Source: Synechococcus elongatus PCC 6301 | GTDB taxonomy: Bacteria; Cyanobacteriota; Cyanobacteriia; Synechococcales; Synechococcaceae | Assembly: GCF_000010065.1 (NCBI RefSeq) | Contig: NC_006576.1 | Coordinates: forward strand, 1,860,001 to 1,892,000 | Reading direction: 5' to 3' | Length of the DNA stretch: 32,000 nt | Part shown: positions 18,816 through 29,169 of the stretch, in pieces | How the letters are laid out: each line of letters begins with the position of its first letter | Numbering within the stretch: position 1 is the first letter of the stretch | Position numbers and translations under genes: made by a program | Notes under the pieces: generated by a model | The model's input: the letters and a program-made list of their open reading frames with translations, nothing else | Told to the model about the DNA's origin: nothing | Database searches by the model: none

Positions 18816-21800
18816 CTAAGAGGTCAATTCAGGCTGACCAGTCTCCGGGTCATGCCGCTTCTTGCTAAAGAAACGTCGGGTGATCGACTTCAGAATCACA
18901 TAGTTCGCCGGCACGATCAGCAAGCTGAGAACTGTTGCAACCAAGAGCCCACCAAAGACGACGGTCCCCAGCGACCAACGACTAGCGGCGCCTGCCCCCT
19001 GGGCAATGACCAAGGGAAAGAAGCCAATCAAGCTGGAAATAGCTGTCATTACAATCGGGCGGAACCGTAGCTTCGCCGCTTCCAGCGCCGCTTCGGTATA
19101 GCCCATACCCTTGGCAACCGCCTCATTGGCGTAGTCAACAATCAAAATCGCGTTCTTAGAAGCCAAGCCAATCAGCATCACCAAGCCGACCTGAGCATAG
19201 ACGTCCAAGGGGATGCCCCGCAGGTTGAGGAAGACGAGGGCGCCCAAGATTGCCAAGGGAACGGTCAGCAGAATGATCAGTGGGTCGACGTAGCTCTCGT
19301 AGAGCGCCGCCAAGACGAGGAAGACGACCACCACCCCAAGGCCAAAGATCAGGGGTGCCAACGTTCCTGCAGAGACTTCTTCGCGGGCCAGACCAACCAG
19401 GCCGTTTCCAAACCGCTGGAAGTTTGCTTTCTGGAAGGCATCTTTCAGACCTTCAATGACCTGACCGGTACTGGTGCCGGGAGCCGCAAAGCTATCGACT
19501 TCGATCGAACGGAAAAGGTTGTAGTGAGTGATGTACAGTGGCCCAACCTGCTGCCGAATCGTCAGAAATTCAGAGAGGGGAACTGTGGCTCCATCTCGCG
19601 ACTTCACATAAATCTGAGTCAGGGCTTGAGGTGTTGCTCGGAAGCCGTTATCCGCTTGGATATAGACCTGATAGGAGCGGCCGAACTGGGTGATCTGGTT
19701 GACATACTGACCGCCCATGTAGCTGCCCAAGGTCTGGAGCGCTTCACCGAAGTCGATGTTGAGGGCTGCCAGTCTGTCGCGATCGACGTCAATTTCGATC
19801 TGGGGCGAGTTGGCCGTGAAGGGTGTAAAGGTTTGGCGGGTGATCGGATTCTCGCGAGCGAGTCCAATGATTTTGTTGACAGACTCTAAAAACTGGCTGA
19901 CAGAGAGCGCGCCGCCCGTTTGGTCTGTGATGAGGAACTGCACCCCGCCGTAGGCTGCAAAGCCGGGAATTGCAGGTGGCAACAGAGTCCGAACTTGAGC
20001 TTCAGAAATCCCTTCAAATAACTTTTGGTTGATTCGACCCACGATCGCTTCTGCAGATTGATCGGCAGCCTTGCGCTCATCCCAGGGCTTGAGCGATGCG
20101 AAATAGATTCCGAGGTTATTGCCCTGTCCAATGAAGCTAAAGCCGCTGATCACAGCCGTTGAGGTGACAGAAGGCTCAGTCTCCAGAATGCTTTGAATTT
20201 TTTGGCCGACTTTCTGGGTGTAGTTAAGGGGGGCTCCTTCGGGGCCAATGATCAAACCGAGGAAGTAACCCTGGTCTTCTGTGGGAACAAAGCCGGTGGG
20301 GGTTGTCGTAAACAACCATCCCGTCAGGGCCAGACCAGCGGCGAATAGGCCGATGACCAGAAATTTGAGGCGATCGATAATAGCCAAGGCTTTGGAGTAA
20401 CCGATTCGCACCCGATCAAAGCCTGCATTGAATAGGTTGAAAAACTTACCCAACCAACCCTGCTGCTGTTTGGCCGGCCGGAGCAGCAAAGCGCTCATCG
20501 CGGGCGAGAAGGTCAGGGCGTTGAAGGTTGAAATCAGGATCGTAAACGTGAGCGTCAGTGCGAACTGCTGATAGATCCGTCCAGTTGCCCCCGGGAAAAA
20601 AGCCACAGGAATGAAGACAGCAAACAGAACGACTGACGTGGCAATGACGGCACCAAAGAGGATATCCATGGCCTCAATGGAGGCCTGCAACGGTGTTTTG
20701 CCCTCTTCTATTTTTTCTGTGATTGCTTCAACCACCACGATCGCGTCGTCCACCACCAAGCCCGTGGCCAACACCAAGCCAAAGAGGGTCAGCAAGTTGA
20801 TCGAAAACCCAAAGGCTTGAATAAAAGCCAAGGTACCAACCAGCGAGACAGGAATTGCGATCGCTGGAATGAGCGTGGTGCGCCAGTCTTGCAAAAAGAT
20901 AAAGATGACGAGAATAACCAGTGCGATCGCCTGAACCAGGGTGATCAGCACTTCCGACAGTGAAGCGTTAACGAAGTCAGTGACGTCGAAGACTAGCTTC
21001 CCTTCCAAGCCTGGTGGGAACTGCTGCTCTAGAATGGCAAGCTGCTCACGAATGCCGTTGGCGACATCAATAGCGTTACTGCCTGGCAGCTGATAAATAC
21101 CGAGACCGACGCCCGGGCGACCATCTGCAGCCAGAGTCACGGAATAGCTTTGGGCACCTTCCTCGGCTCGACCGACATCCTTGACTCGAACGAGAGTGCC
21201 GTCCTCACCGGTTTTTAAAACGACGTTATTGAATTGCTCAACCGTAGAGAGTTGCCCTTGCCCCTGCAGTCGCAAAATGAATGTGTAAGCCTGATCGCTA
21301 TTGACTGGCGGACCGCCAACTTGCCCAACCGGAATGATTTGGTTTTGGCTCTGTAAAGCACTGGCGACATCTTCTGCGGTCAAGCCATAGCTCGCCAAGC
21401 GATTTGGGTCGAGCCAGAGTCGCATAGAGTACTCTAAGTTACCAAACAGGTTTGCTTGACCAACCCCTTTTACACGGGCGAGTGCTGGCTGAACATAGAG
21501 ACTGAGATAGTTACTAATAAACTGGGCATCAAATTCGCCTGTAGGCGAAGAAAACGTATAGAACTGGAGAATTGAAGGGGATGACTGCGTGACTGCAATC
21601 CCCTGCTGTTGTACTGCTTGGGGCAGTTGTGGGATCGCAACACTGACTAAGTTATTAACGTCGACCTGAGCGAGGTCAGGCGATCGCGTCGGATCAAAAT
21701 AGACTTGGATGGAGCTTTGACCGATCGCACTCGTTGAGGTGATGTATTCCATCCCCTCAACCCCGTTGATTTGGTTCTCAAGGATTGAAGTGACAGTGTT

Positions 21801-21986
21801 TTCAACTGTTTCAGCATCGGCCCCAACATAGGTTGCTGAGACTTGGATTTGGGGTGGGGCAATATCTGGGAGTTGCTCAATAGGCAAAATGGGTAAGCAA
21901 ACAAGGCCGCCCAGAGTAATCAGAATCGAGCAGACCGTTGTTAACACTGGCCGCTTGATAAAGATATTTGCGATCGAAAGCAACAT
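18816..21986 (-). CDS. RND efflux transporter permease (AcrB/HAE1-like)
   Basis: 1056 aa; FIKRPVLTTVCSILITLGGLVCLPILPIEQLPDIAPPQIQVSATYVGADAETVENTVTSILE, GLVVDDAIVVVEAI, GLASKNAILIVDYA. Confidence 0.95.
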   Translation of the reverse strand: MLLSIANIFIKRPVLTTVCSILITLGGLVCLPILPIEQLPDIAPPQIQVSATYVGADAETVENTVTSILENQINGVEGMEYITSTSAIGQSSIQVYFDPTRSPDLAQVDVNNLVSVAIPQLPQAVQQQGIAVTQSSPSILQFYTFSSPTGEFDAQFISNYLSLYVQPALARVKGVGQANLFGNLEYSMRLWLDPNRLASYGLTAEDVASALQSQNQIIPVGQVGGPPVNSDQAYTFILRLQGQGQLSTVEQFNNVVLKTGEDGTLVRVKDVGRAEEGAQSYSVTLAADGRPGVGLGIYQLPGSNAIDVANGIREQLAILEQQFPPGLEGKLVFDVTDFVNASLSEVLITLVQAIALVILVIFIFLQDWRTTLIPAIAIPVSLVGTLAFIQAFGFSINLLTLFGLVLATGLVVDDAIVVVEAITEKIEEGKTPLQASIEAMDILFGAVIATSVVLFAVFIPVAFFPGATGRIYQQFALTLTFTILISTFNALTFSPAMSALLLRPAKQQQGWLGKFFNLFNAGFDRVRIGYSKALAIIDRLKFLVIGLFAAGLALTGWLFTTTPTGFVPTEDQGYFLGLIIGPEGAPLNYTQKVGQKIQSILETEPSVTSTAVISGFSFIGQGNNLGIYFASLKPWDERKAADQSAEAIVGRINQKLFEGISEAQVRTLLPPAIPGFAAYGGVQFLITDQTGGALSVSQFLESVNKIIGLARENPITRQTFTPFTANSPQIEIDVDRDRLAALNIDFGEALQTLGSYMGGQYVNQITQFGRSYQVYIQADNGFRATPQALTQIYVKSRDGATVPLSEFLTIRQQVGPLYITHYNLFRSIEVDSFAAPGTSTGQVIEGLKDAFQKANFQRFGNGLVGLAREEVSAGTLAPLIFGLGVVVVFLVLAALYESYVDPLIILLTVPLAILGALVFLNLRGIPLDVYAQVGLVMLIGLASKNAILIVDYANEAVAKGMGYTEAALEAAKLRFRPIVMTAISSLIGFFPLVIAQGAGAASRWSLGTVVFGGLLVATVLSLLIVPANYVILKSITRRFFSKKRHDPETGQPELTS

Positions 21987-22006
21987 GATCGTGTCCTAGG
22001 GCAGTG

Positions 22007-23137
22007 TTAGCGAGAAGCGTTGGGCGTTTGAGGTTTAACAGTTGCCTTATCTGTCAGGCTGAGCAGGTTGGTCGTAGCGACAGTTTCGCCCGGCTTTAGT
22101 CCTGAGCGAATTTGATAGCGATTATTGAAAATGGAACCCAGCTCAACCTTTTGTTGTCGAACCTGAAATTGATCAGGGCTGTTGGGCTTAGGCTCTACAA
22201 CATAGACAAAGTTGGCACCGGCTAAGGGAGTGACTGCTTGAGTCGGCACCAAAACAGCCTCCTTGCGGTCCCAAACAATCTCGGATTGAACGATTTGACC
22301 GTTACGGATTAAGCCATCAGCATTGGGAACAACAACTTTCACTAAGACCGTTTGTAAGTTTTGCTGCACAACCGGGGAGACAAAGTCGACAGCTCCAGTT
22401 GCCAGAATATTCTTGGAAAATGGGTCTAAAAGCTTGACTGGTTGACCCTTGCGAAGCTGTGGAATGCGAACCGTTGGAACTGGAATATTAATGAACAGCT
22501 GATTGTTGCGGGTGATCGTTGTCAGCTCTGCCCCAGTGTCGACAAAGTCACCGATTTTGAGCCGGATATCGCCGACCAACCCATTGATCGGGGCCCGCAC
22601 AGTTTTGTACTGGACATTAACCGATTTGGCGACTGCATTCTGTTGCGCTGCTTTAAGCTGCGCTTGAGCTGTCTGGAGCTCTCGTCGAGCGTTATCTAGG
22701 TTCTGTAGGGGAACGACCCCTTGATCCGCCAGAAACTTTTGCCGCTCAAAAGTAATCTTGGCATCTCGAAGTTGGGCTTCTTGACGAGCGACCTCTGCAT
22801 TGGCAGCTGCCACATCTGCTTCAACTTGCTCCGAGTCCAGCACAAACATCGGCTGACCGACCGACACAATTTGTCCAGGCTGCACAGCCACACTGACAAT
22901 TCGGCCCTGAATTTGAGGACGCAGGATAGTTTGCTCCGTCGCTTCTAGAGCCCCCAAGTACTCGGTCAGGTCATTGACTGTCTCGACGGTGGCCTTGGTG
23001 ACGTCGACCGGTAGCGCTGGTGGCCCTTGAAAGGCTGCGGGTTGCCGACCTTGGCAGCTGGCAACGCCCATCAGCACGACGCTGGCGACCCCCCAGCCCG
23101 TCAAACGCTGGAGACGATGGGTTCTGGGTACAGCCAT
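22007..23137 (-). CDS. RND efflux periplasmic adaptor (membrane fusion protein, AcrA-like)
   Basis: Lipoprotein-like N-term (VLMGVASCQG), LRPQIQGRIVSVAVQPGQIVSVGQPMFVLD, coiled-coil, VRAPINGLVGDIRLKIGDFV. 20 bp upstream of the permease. Confidence 0.93.
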   Translation of the reverse strand: MAVPRTHRLQRLTGWGVASVVLMGVASCQGRQPAAFQGPPALPVDVTKATVETVNDLTEYLGALEATEQTILRPQIQGRIVSVAVQPGQIVSVGQPMFVLDSEQVEADVAAANAEVARQEAQLRDAKITFERQKFLADQGVVPLQNLDNARRELQTAQAQLKAAQQNAVAKSVNVQYKTVRAPINGLVGDIRLKIGDFVDTGAELTTITRNNQLFINIPVPTVRIPQLRKGQPVKLLDPFSKNILATGAVDFVSPVVQQNLQTVLVKVVVPNADGLIRNGQIVQSEIVWDRKEAVLVPTQAVTPLAGANFVYVVEPKPNSPDQFQVRQQKVELGSIFNNRYQIRSGLKPGETVATTNLLSLTDKATVKPQTPNASR

Positions 23138-23461
23138 GACTCACTCTTTAGGTTGCACAACAGGAGCGGTGCCATCACTGTAGCCAAGCCAACTGCGGAC
23201 TTCCAGTTGCTTACACCGATTCTGATGGATTCTAGCAGTCAGAAATCGTCTGATCCGTAGACTGCACATGGGTTGTAGATTTTGTGTGCTGCGATCGCAG
23301 ATCCCATCACTGTTCCAGACGGATCAGCCAGAGAGATAAGTTTTCAATCTCTGGGTTTCACTGTGATCGAGAACACCTGATAGGAATGTCGGTTGCTTTT
23401 AGGAGATACGACAAAGTCGCTTCACAATTCTCCCGAAAGAGAAGTTTTGATCTACGCTTAG

Positions 23462-23535
23462 GGCGAACGAGGGGACTCGAACCCCCGAATGGCGGAACCA
23501 CAATCCGCTGCCTTAACCACTTGGCTACGCTCGCC
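23462..23535 (-). tRNA. tRNA-His(GTG)
   Basis: Minus strand GGCGAGCGTAGCCAAGTGGTTAAGGCAGCGGATTGTGGTTCCGCCATTCGGGGGTTCGAGTCCCCTCGTTCGCC. Anticodon stem GCGGA/TCCGC with loop TTGTGGT; T arm GGGGGTTCGAGTCCCC. Extra 5' G fits G-1 typical of tRNA-His. Confidence 0.96.
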
Positions 23536-23572
23536 ATCGATTGATGATTCTAGCACTTTACCGTGAGGAATA

Positions 23573-24076
23573 ATGCGCGGCAAGCTCCTAAAACCGCCAT
23601 CGGCCCCAGTCGTTTCATCCCAGTGTTCCTGCTGGCGATGTGCTTGGTGGTTGGCTGGGAGCTCCGTAGCTCTGGGTGCGATCGCCTTGGCCTTGACCAA
23701 TCCCTCGTCTAGTCAGTACGGGCAATTTGCGGCGGCAACGAGTCAGAAGCTTGTTCAGCAAGAGATTTGTGCCCGCTTAGAGCCCCTCAATCTGCAACGT
23801 CTACAGCAACTTTGCAATCGCATGGGGCAGCAAGCTGGGTCCCAAATGGAAGAGTGGGTGTTGCAATCCAGCGATCGCCAGAACTTTGGCTTGCTGAGCC
23901 TCTATGAGACTCGCCTGTCAGTGCGATCGCTGCTCCAGACTTCTGACGTGCCCGACTGGAGCTTAGAGCTGAAGAGTGTGGGTGCTCTCTCTGGCTTTAG
24001 CCTATTGCAAGTTAATTGGAAAACTGATCCTGAAGTGAGGGCTGATCCCGCCTCGGAGGGCGAGCTAAGACAGTAG
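23573..24076 (+). CDS. Conserved cyanobacterial protein, possible DUF4359
   Basis: N-terminal TM and LALTNPSSSQYGQFAAATSQKLVQQEIC pattern. Family name given from memory and needs Pfam confirmation. Confidence 0.55.
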   Translation: MRGKLLKPPSAPVVSSQCSCWRCAWWLAGSSVALGAIALALTNPSSSQYGQFAAATSQKLVQQEICARLEPLNLQRLQQLCNRMGQQAGSQMEEWVLQSSDRQNFGLLSLYETRLSVRSLLQTSDVPDWSLELKSVGALSGFSLLQVNWKTDPEVRADPASEGELRQ

Positions 24077-24147
24077 CGCACTCTCGATGGCGAGATAGCT
24101 GCTGCGGAGAGTGTTAGTTACGTCAATGCTAAGAGCATTCAGTGGGT

Positions 24148-24426
24148 ATGTCGTCTGAGCAAGTCCTACGGTTTTTGGAAGACGCTGCGATTTCCAAAGA
24201 ACTTCGCGATAAGTTTGCTGCTGTCAGCGATGTCAGTGACTTCTTGCTAGTTGCTCAGCGATCGGGGTATACCTTCACCAGCGAAGAGTTTATCCACACG
24301 ATCACCGAACTCAGCCACGCAACCCCTGTGCGTCGCCCGACTGGCGTTTGGCGCTGGCTACGCACGATTCCCAATCCTATGGAACTTGAGCGACAACGTC
24401 GGGCTCAAGAATCGGCTGCTGAGTAG
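24148..24426 (+). CDS. Nif11-like domain protein
   Basis: MSSEQVLRFLEDAAISKELRDKFAAVSDVSDFLLVAQRSGYTFTSEEFIHTI matches the Nif11/nitrile hydratase-like leader pattern. Start moved to ATG at 24148. Confidence 0.75.
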   Translation: MSSEQVLRFLEDAAISKELRDKFAAVSDVSDFLLVAQRSGYTFTSEEFIHTITELSHATPVRRPTGVWRWLRTIPNPMELERQRRAQESAAE

Positions 24427-24517
24427 CACGATGGTTAGGGAATCGTCATTCCTCCACTAGCGATCGCGCCGTGAGTGCTGGGGATCAGCGGTGATCCCCT
24501 CATCCTTTAGGCAGTCC

Positions 24518-26146
24518 CTAGACTTCAATTGGCTTTTGGCCTGCAGCGACGGGGGCAACTGATCGCAGTTGCAGTTCTGGGTGATCAGCCTCGATCTGTC
24601 GCAGATTCCACTCGTTCTTAAAGAGCAGGACCGGACGACCCCAGGTGTCTTTCACCGTTGTCGTGTTGAACAGTCGCCCAACCTTCTCGAGAACATCCCA
24701 GCCGCCTTCCACCCAGCGAGCCACGCTGAAGGGCAGGGGCTCTAGGAGGGTTTCAACGCCGTACTCATTCTCCAAGCGGTATTGCACGACTTCGAGTTGC
24801 AGTTGACCAACGGCCGCCAGAATCGAGTCACGCTTGGCACTATCGGCCGAATACATAATCTGCACGGCGCCTTCTTCCCGCAGCTCCGAAACGCCTTTAC
24901 GGAAGGGCTTGAACTTCGAGGGGTTGGGGTTGCGCAGATAGGCAAAAATCTCGGGTGAGAAGCAAGGGATGCCGTCGTACTCCAGCCGTTTGCCGGTGTA
25001 GATCGTGTCGCCGATCGCAAACATTCCGGGGTTATTGAGGCCGATCATATCGCCGGGATATGCATCATCGAGAACTTCCCGATCCTGACCGAACAGTTTT
25101 TGTGGCCGCGACAGGCGTAAGGTACGACCACTGCGGGCATGTTGCACGGTCATGTCCTTCTCAAACTTGCCGGTACAAACCCGCACAAAGGCAATGCGAT
25201 CGCGGTGGCGCGGATCCATGTTGGCCTGCAGCTTGAAGACAAAGCCACTGAACTCGGGATAGTCCGGCGCCATGTCGCCGACGCTGCTGCGGCGTGCCCC
25301 TGGCTTGAGGGCGTAGTCCAAGAAAGCTTCAAGAAAGAGTTCCACGCCAAAGTTGGTCATGGCGCTGCCCCAGAATACCGGCGTCAGTTGACCGGCGTGA
25401 ATCGCCTCAAGGTCAAACTCGGTGCCGACTCCTTCCAAGAGCTCCAGTTCATCCTGCAGCTGCTGCAACAGATCTGGCTCGATCAAGTCCGCGAGCTGTG
25501 GATCGCCCCACTCCAAGGTGGTGTCTTTCGCCTGACGCTTGCCATGAACGCTGCGCTCGAACAGGTGGACTTGTTGCTTGCGGCGATCGAAAACCCCTCG
25601 GAAGCGATCGCCGGAGCCAATTGGCCAGTTGACTGCATAGGTCTGCAGACCCAACTCTTGCTCGATTTCATCCAGCAGTTCCAACGGCTCCCGCCCCGGC
25701 CGATCCATCTTGTTGAAGAAGGTGAAGATCGGGATGTTGCGCATCCGGCAGACTTCAAACAGCTTGCGCGTCTGCGGCTCCAAGCCCTTGGCTGCGTCCT
25801 CAAGCATCACTGCGTTATCAGCAGCAGCAAGGGTGCGATAGGTGTCTTCGCTAAAGTCTTGGTGACCGGGCGTGTCGAGCAGGTTGATCGTGCAGTCGTG
25901 GTAGTTGAACTGCAGCACGGTTGAGGTGATCGAAATTCCCCGCTGTTTCTCCAGCTCCATCCAGTCCGAGGTTGCGGCTCGCTGACTCCGTTTTGCTTTG
26001 ACAGCGCCGGCTTCCTGAATGGCTCCCCCGTACAGCAACAATTTTTCGGTCAGCGTGGTTTTGCCTGCATCAGGGTGCGAAATAATCGCAAAGTTGCGGC
26101 GCTGCTGAACGGCTTCTTGAATCTCTTTCTGAAGGTCAGTGACCAT
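24518..26146 (-). CDS. prfC: Peptide chain release factor 3
   Basis: [80 protein letters not shown]. Start [19 protein letters not shown] at 26146 preferred. Confidence 0.96.
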   Translation of the reverse strand: MVTDLQKEIQEAVQQRRNFAIISHPDAGKTTLTEKLLLYGGAIQEAGAVKAKRSQRAATSDWMELEKQRGISITSTVLQFNYHDCTINLLDTPGHQDFSEDTYRTLAAADNAVMLEDAAKGLEPQTRKLFEVCRMRNIPIFTFFNKMDRPGREPLELLDEIEQELGLQTYAVNWPIGSGDRFRGVFDRRKQQVHLFERSVHGKRQAKDTTLEWGDPQLADLIEPDLLQQLQDELELLEGVGTEFDLEAIHAGQLTPVFWGSAMTNFGVELFLEAFLDYALKPGARRSSVGDMAPDYPEFSGFVFKLQANMDPRHRDRIAFVRVCTGKFEKDMTVQHARSGRTLRLSRPQKLFGQDREVLDDAYPGDMIGLNNPGMFAIGDTIYTGKRLEYDGIPCFSPEIFAYLRNPNPSKFKPFRKGVSELREEGAVQIMYSADSAKRDSILAAVGQLQLEVVQYRLENEYGVETLLEPLPFSVARWVEGGWDVLEKVGRLFNTTTVKDTWGRPVLLFKNEWNLRQIEADHPELQLRSVAPVAAGQKPIEV

Positions 26147-26259
26147 GCGGAACCAGGGGGAGGAGCAGAGGAAGGAATGAACTCCCATTTTGACATTCGG
26201 TCTGCTCCCTAGGGGATTCGCTAGGCTGAAGCGAGCCCCGTCATGAGGCGCTTCTGACT

Positions 26260-26865
26260 ATGGTGTTTCCGCCTCTCGATCGCGCTTTGAAAGAATGGCC
26301 TGCCGCGATCGCAGCCCTCGCCAACGGAGACTCGATTCTGCTCCTGCGTAAGGGTGGCATTCAGGAACCTCAAGGTCAATTTTGGCCTGCCACGACAGCT
26401 GTTTGGTTATTGCCCAGCATTGAGCATCAGCAACCCGAAGCATTGCGAGTTCCCGCAGAAGCGATCGCTCATGAAGTACCGGAGCAATTAGAACTGTCGG
26501 TCTGGGCAGAAATCAGCCAAGCAATTCCTCTACCCGCTCACTTCCCTCTGACTGACTTGAGTGCTAGCACGGTCTGGACGACGGCGTTCCTCGAGCAGCG
26601 GCGGCACTGGAAACCAGAACAACCGCTGTGGCTTTTGGTGCTACGAACCTATCGCGTGCCAGAATCGCGATCGCTGGCTTGGCAAGCGTCCTACCGTGGC
26701 TGTCGCTCTTGGATTACGTTGGCAGAACCCTTGTCGCGGCAAGATTCAGAGCCAGTGTTGAGCGATCGCGCTTTTGCTGACCAGTGGCAGGCGATCGCCG
26801 AAATTCTGCAGCGTGGAGGACTAACGCTCGATGGACTACCAACAGCAGCTCACGCAGCTGATTGA
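26260..26865 (+). CDS. DUF1802-like protein
   Basis: ALKEWPAAIAALANGDSILLLRKGGIQEPQGQFWPATTAVWLLPSIEHQQPEAL, LLVLRTYRVPESRSLAWQASYRGCRSWI. Confidence 0.72.
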   Translation: MVFPPLDRALKEWPAAIAALANGDSILLLRKGGIQEPQGQFWPATTAVWLLPSIEHQQPEALRVPAEAIAHEVPEQLELSVWAEISQAIPLPAHFPLTDLSASTVWTTAFLEQRRHWKPEQPLWLLVLRTYRVPESRSLAWQASYRGCRSWITLAEPLSRQDSEPVLSDRAFADQWQAIAEILQRGGLTLDGLPTAAHAAD

Positions 26866-27256
26866 GCAGCAAACCGATCCGGAGTTGCAGCTTCGCCTCA
26901 GTGCCTTGGCTCCTCTATTGCTGGCTACGGCTGAGGCCCTGGGGCAATATCACTTTTACGTCCCTACCAGTACAGCGGGCGACTGGGTGGTGACGACCTA
27001 CCGCCGGGAGGACGAAAGCAAGCGGGTGCTGGAGGTGTTTAGTCGGCGTCAAATGGCCAGCGATCGCTGCCAATCCGCAACCGAAACGGTAACCGCAATC
27101 GGGGCGATCGAGCTGATCCTCAGCCTGCTCGTCGAGGACCTTGATTCCGTCGTTGCTTATCGGTCTGACGACAATACAGGGCGGGAATTGACGAAAACCG
27201 GACTAATTACACGAATTCAGGCCTTTACCAACCAGAGTTCTGGATTGTTTGCCTAG
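26831..27256 (+). CDS. Conserved hypothetical protein
   Basis: 141 aa ORF MDYQQQLTQLIEQQTDPELQLRLSALAPLLLATAEALGQYHFYVP..., start overlaps the DUF1802 ORF by 35 nt. Confidence 0.65.
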   Translation: MDYQQQLTQLIEQQTDPELQLRLSALAPLLLATAEALGQYHFYVPTSTAGDWVVTTYRREDESKRVLEVFSRRQMASDRCQSATETVTAIGAIELILSLLVEDLDSVVAYRSDDNTGRELTKTGLITRIQAFTNQSSGLFA

Positions 27257-27272
27257 GCGAAGGCACGGGGCA

Positions 27273-28244
27273 CTAAGAGAGGCGGCTGAGGACATAGCTG
27301 GTCAGGCTGATCAAGGTTTCCTTGCAGTCGGAAGCGGGCAGCACATCCAAGGCTTGAACGGCCTTCTGGGCATGTTCTGCGGCCAAGGCGCGAGTCCGGG
27401 CTAGACCCTGACTGTTGTGGACCAAAGCGATCGCCTGTTCAAAATCCTGAGCCTGCGAAAACTCTCGTTCAATCAAAGGCACTAAGGCCGGATGCTCTTC
27501 GATCGCGTAGAGGGCTGGAGCCGTCAGGTTACCGCTGGCCAAGTCCGAACCAGCAGGTTTGCCAAGCACTTCTTCTGAGCCGGTGAAATCTAAGATGTCA
27601 TCGACGATTTGGAAGGCGAGACCGAGCGATCGGCCGTAGTCATAGAGCGCGTCGCAGACGGTTTCTGAGGAACCACTCAGAACGCTCGCCGCTCGAGCAC
27701 TGTTGGCGAGGAGAGAGGCAGTTTTGTAGTAGCTCTTGTCGAGGTAGACCTCAATGGAGAGGCTGCTATCAAAGCGATTCAGCCCTTGCAGAATCTCGCC
27801 TTCAGCCAAATCCATGATCACTTGAGACAGGAGCTTGACGACCGTCAGACTGTCGAGATGCGCCAAATGCCAAGAAGCTTGGGCGAACAGGAAGTCACCG
27901 GCGAGGACTGCAACGCGATTACTAAAGCTGCTGTGAACTGTGGGAATGCCGCGGCGTAGGGAGGATTCATCGACCACGTCATCGTGGACCAAACTGGCCG
28001 TGTGGATCATCTCGGTGATCTCGGCCAAGCGCCGATGGCGTGGCGTAATTTCTTGGCCGGGCATCGTGGCTCGCGAGAGCAGCAACACGACCGCAGGACG
28101 AAGTCGCTTGCCACCGGCTCCGAAGAGATGGTCAGCGGCGGCGTAGAGAATAGGATGTCTCGCCCCGATCAACTGCTTGAGCGTGTCAGTCAGCAGTTGC
28201 AGATCCGCCTCGACGGGGGCAAAGAGCGAGGTCACCGAAGTCAT
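27273..28244 (-). CDS. sds: All-trans polyprenyl (solanesyl-type) diphosphate synthase
   Basis: GAGGKRLRPAVVLLLSRA, TASLVHDDVVDESSLRRG (first DDxxD-type motif), GLAFQIVDDILDFTG (second motif). Confidence 0.92.
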   Translation of the reverse strand: MTSVTSLFAPVEADLQLLTDTLKQLIGARHPILYAAADHLFGAGGKRLRPAVVLLLSRATMPGQEITPRHRRLAEITEMIHTASLVHDDVVDESSLRRGIPTVHSSFSNRVAVLAGDFLFAQASWHLAHLDSLTVVKLLSQVIMDLAEGEILQGLNRFDSSLSIEVYLDKSYYKTASLLANSARAASVLSGSSETVCDALYDYGRSLGLAFQIVDDILDFTGSEEVLGKPAGSDLASGNLTAPALYAIEEHPALVPLIEREFSQAQDFEQAIALVHNSQGLARTRALAAEHAQKAVQALDVLPASDCKETLISLTSYVLSRLS

Positions 28245-28287
28245 GGGCGGCGTCGTCGTTACGATTTTTTACAATCTGGCTCTTATT

Positions 28288-29157
28288 CTAAGCTACGCCT
28301 TCCGCTTCCGAAGCAAAGTGGGCAGAAGGAAGCGATCGCGTCGGTAGTTGAATCAGGTCGACAGGAGCTTGAAACCCTAGCCACCGCTCGATCGCCAGAC
28401 TGAAATGCTGAGGATCGTGGCTGACACAAAATCGCACCGTACTGGCCTTAGAGGTGTGACTGAGTCCTAAGACTTCCAGCTCCATTTGCACCGATCGGGT
28501 CACGGCTTCTGCCGGATCCAGTAGGTGCGTGCTGCTGGGCAGCAGCTGTTGAATCACCGGCGCTAAATGCGGGTAGTGGGTACAACCATAGATCAACGTA
28601 TCCACCTGCGCCTCGATCAATGGAGCAAGGTATTGAGCTGCCACCTGCAGCGTCTGGGGATCATGAATCCGTTGCTGCTCTACCAAAGGGACGAACTCAG
28701 GGCAGCCAATTTCCCAGACTTGAACGTTGGGGTTGGCCTCGCGTAGAGCCTGGCGATAGGCACGACTTTGGGCAGTGGCAGCCGTGGCAATCACGCCAAT
28801 CCGCTGGCCCCGTTGGACGGCAACCCGCGCAGCAGGCTGAATGAGGCCAATGAGCGGCATGGTGTAGTCTCCACGCAGCGCTTCGAGGGCTAGGGCCGAG
28901 CTGGTGTTGCAGGCCATAACGACTAACTTGCAACCCTCGGCCTGCATCCAGTCCAAGATCTCGCGCACGAACTGGCGAATCTCCGCCGGCGATCGCGTGC
29001 CGTAGGGCAGCCGTGCCGTGTCGCCAAAGTAGAGAAAACTTTCGTGGGGGAGCTGACGCTGCAGCTCGCGCAGGACGGTGAGTCCCCCAACACCGCTGTC
29101 AAACACACCGATCGGGGCAGCAGTTGAAGAATGCAAAAAAATAGCCCCCGGCGGCAT
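28288..29157 (-). CDS. murI: Glutamate racemase
   Basis: IGVFDSGVGGLTVLRELQRQLPHESFLYFGDTARLPYGTRS, LVMACNTSSALALEAL, LIYGCTHYPHLAPVI. Confidence 0.96.
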   Translation of the reverse strand: MPPGAIFLHSSTAAPIGVFDSGVGGLTVLRELQRQLPHESFLYFGDTARLPYGTRSPAEIRQFVREILDWMQAEGCKLVVMACNTSSALALEALRGDYTMPLIGLIQPAARVAVQRGQRIGVIATAATAQSRAYRQALREANPNVQVWEIGCPEFVPLVEQQRIHDPQTLQVAAQYLAPLIEAQVDTLIYGCTHYPHLAPVIQQLLPSSTHLLDPAEAVTRSVQMELEVLGLSHTSKASTVRFCVSHDPQHFSLAIERWLGFQAPVDLIQLPTRSLPSAHFASEAEGVA

Positions 29158-29169
29158 GGAGCAACGGCC

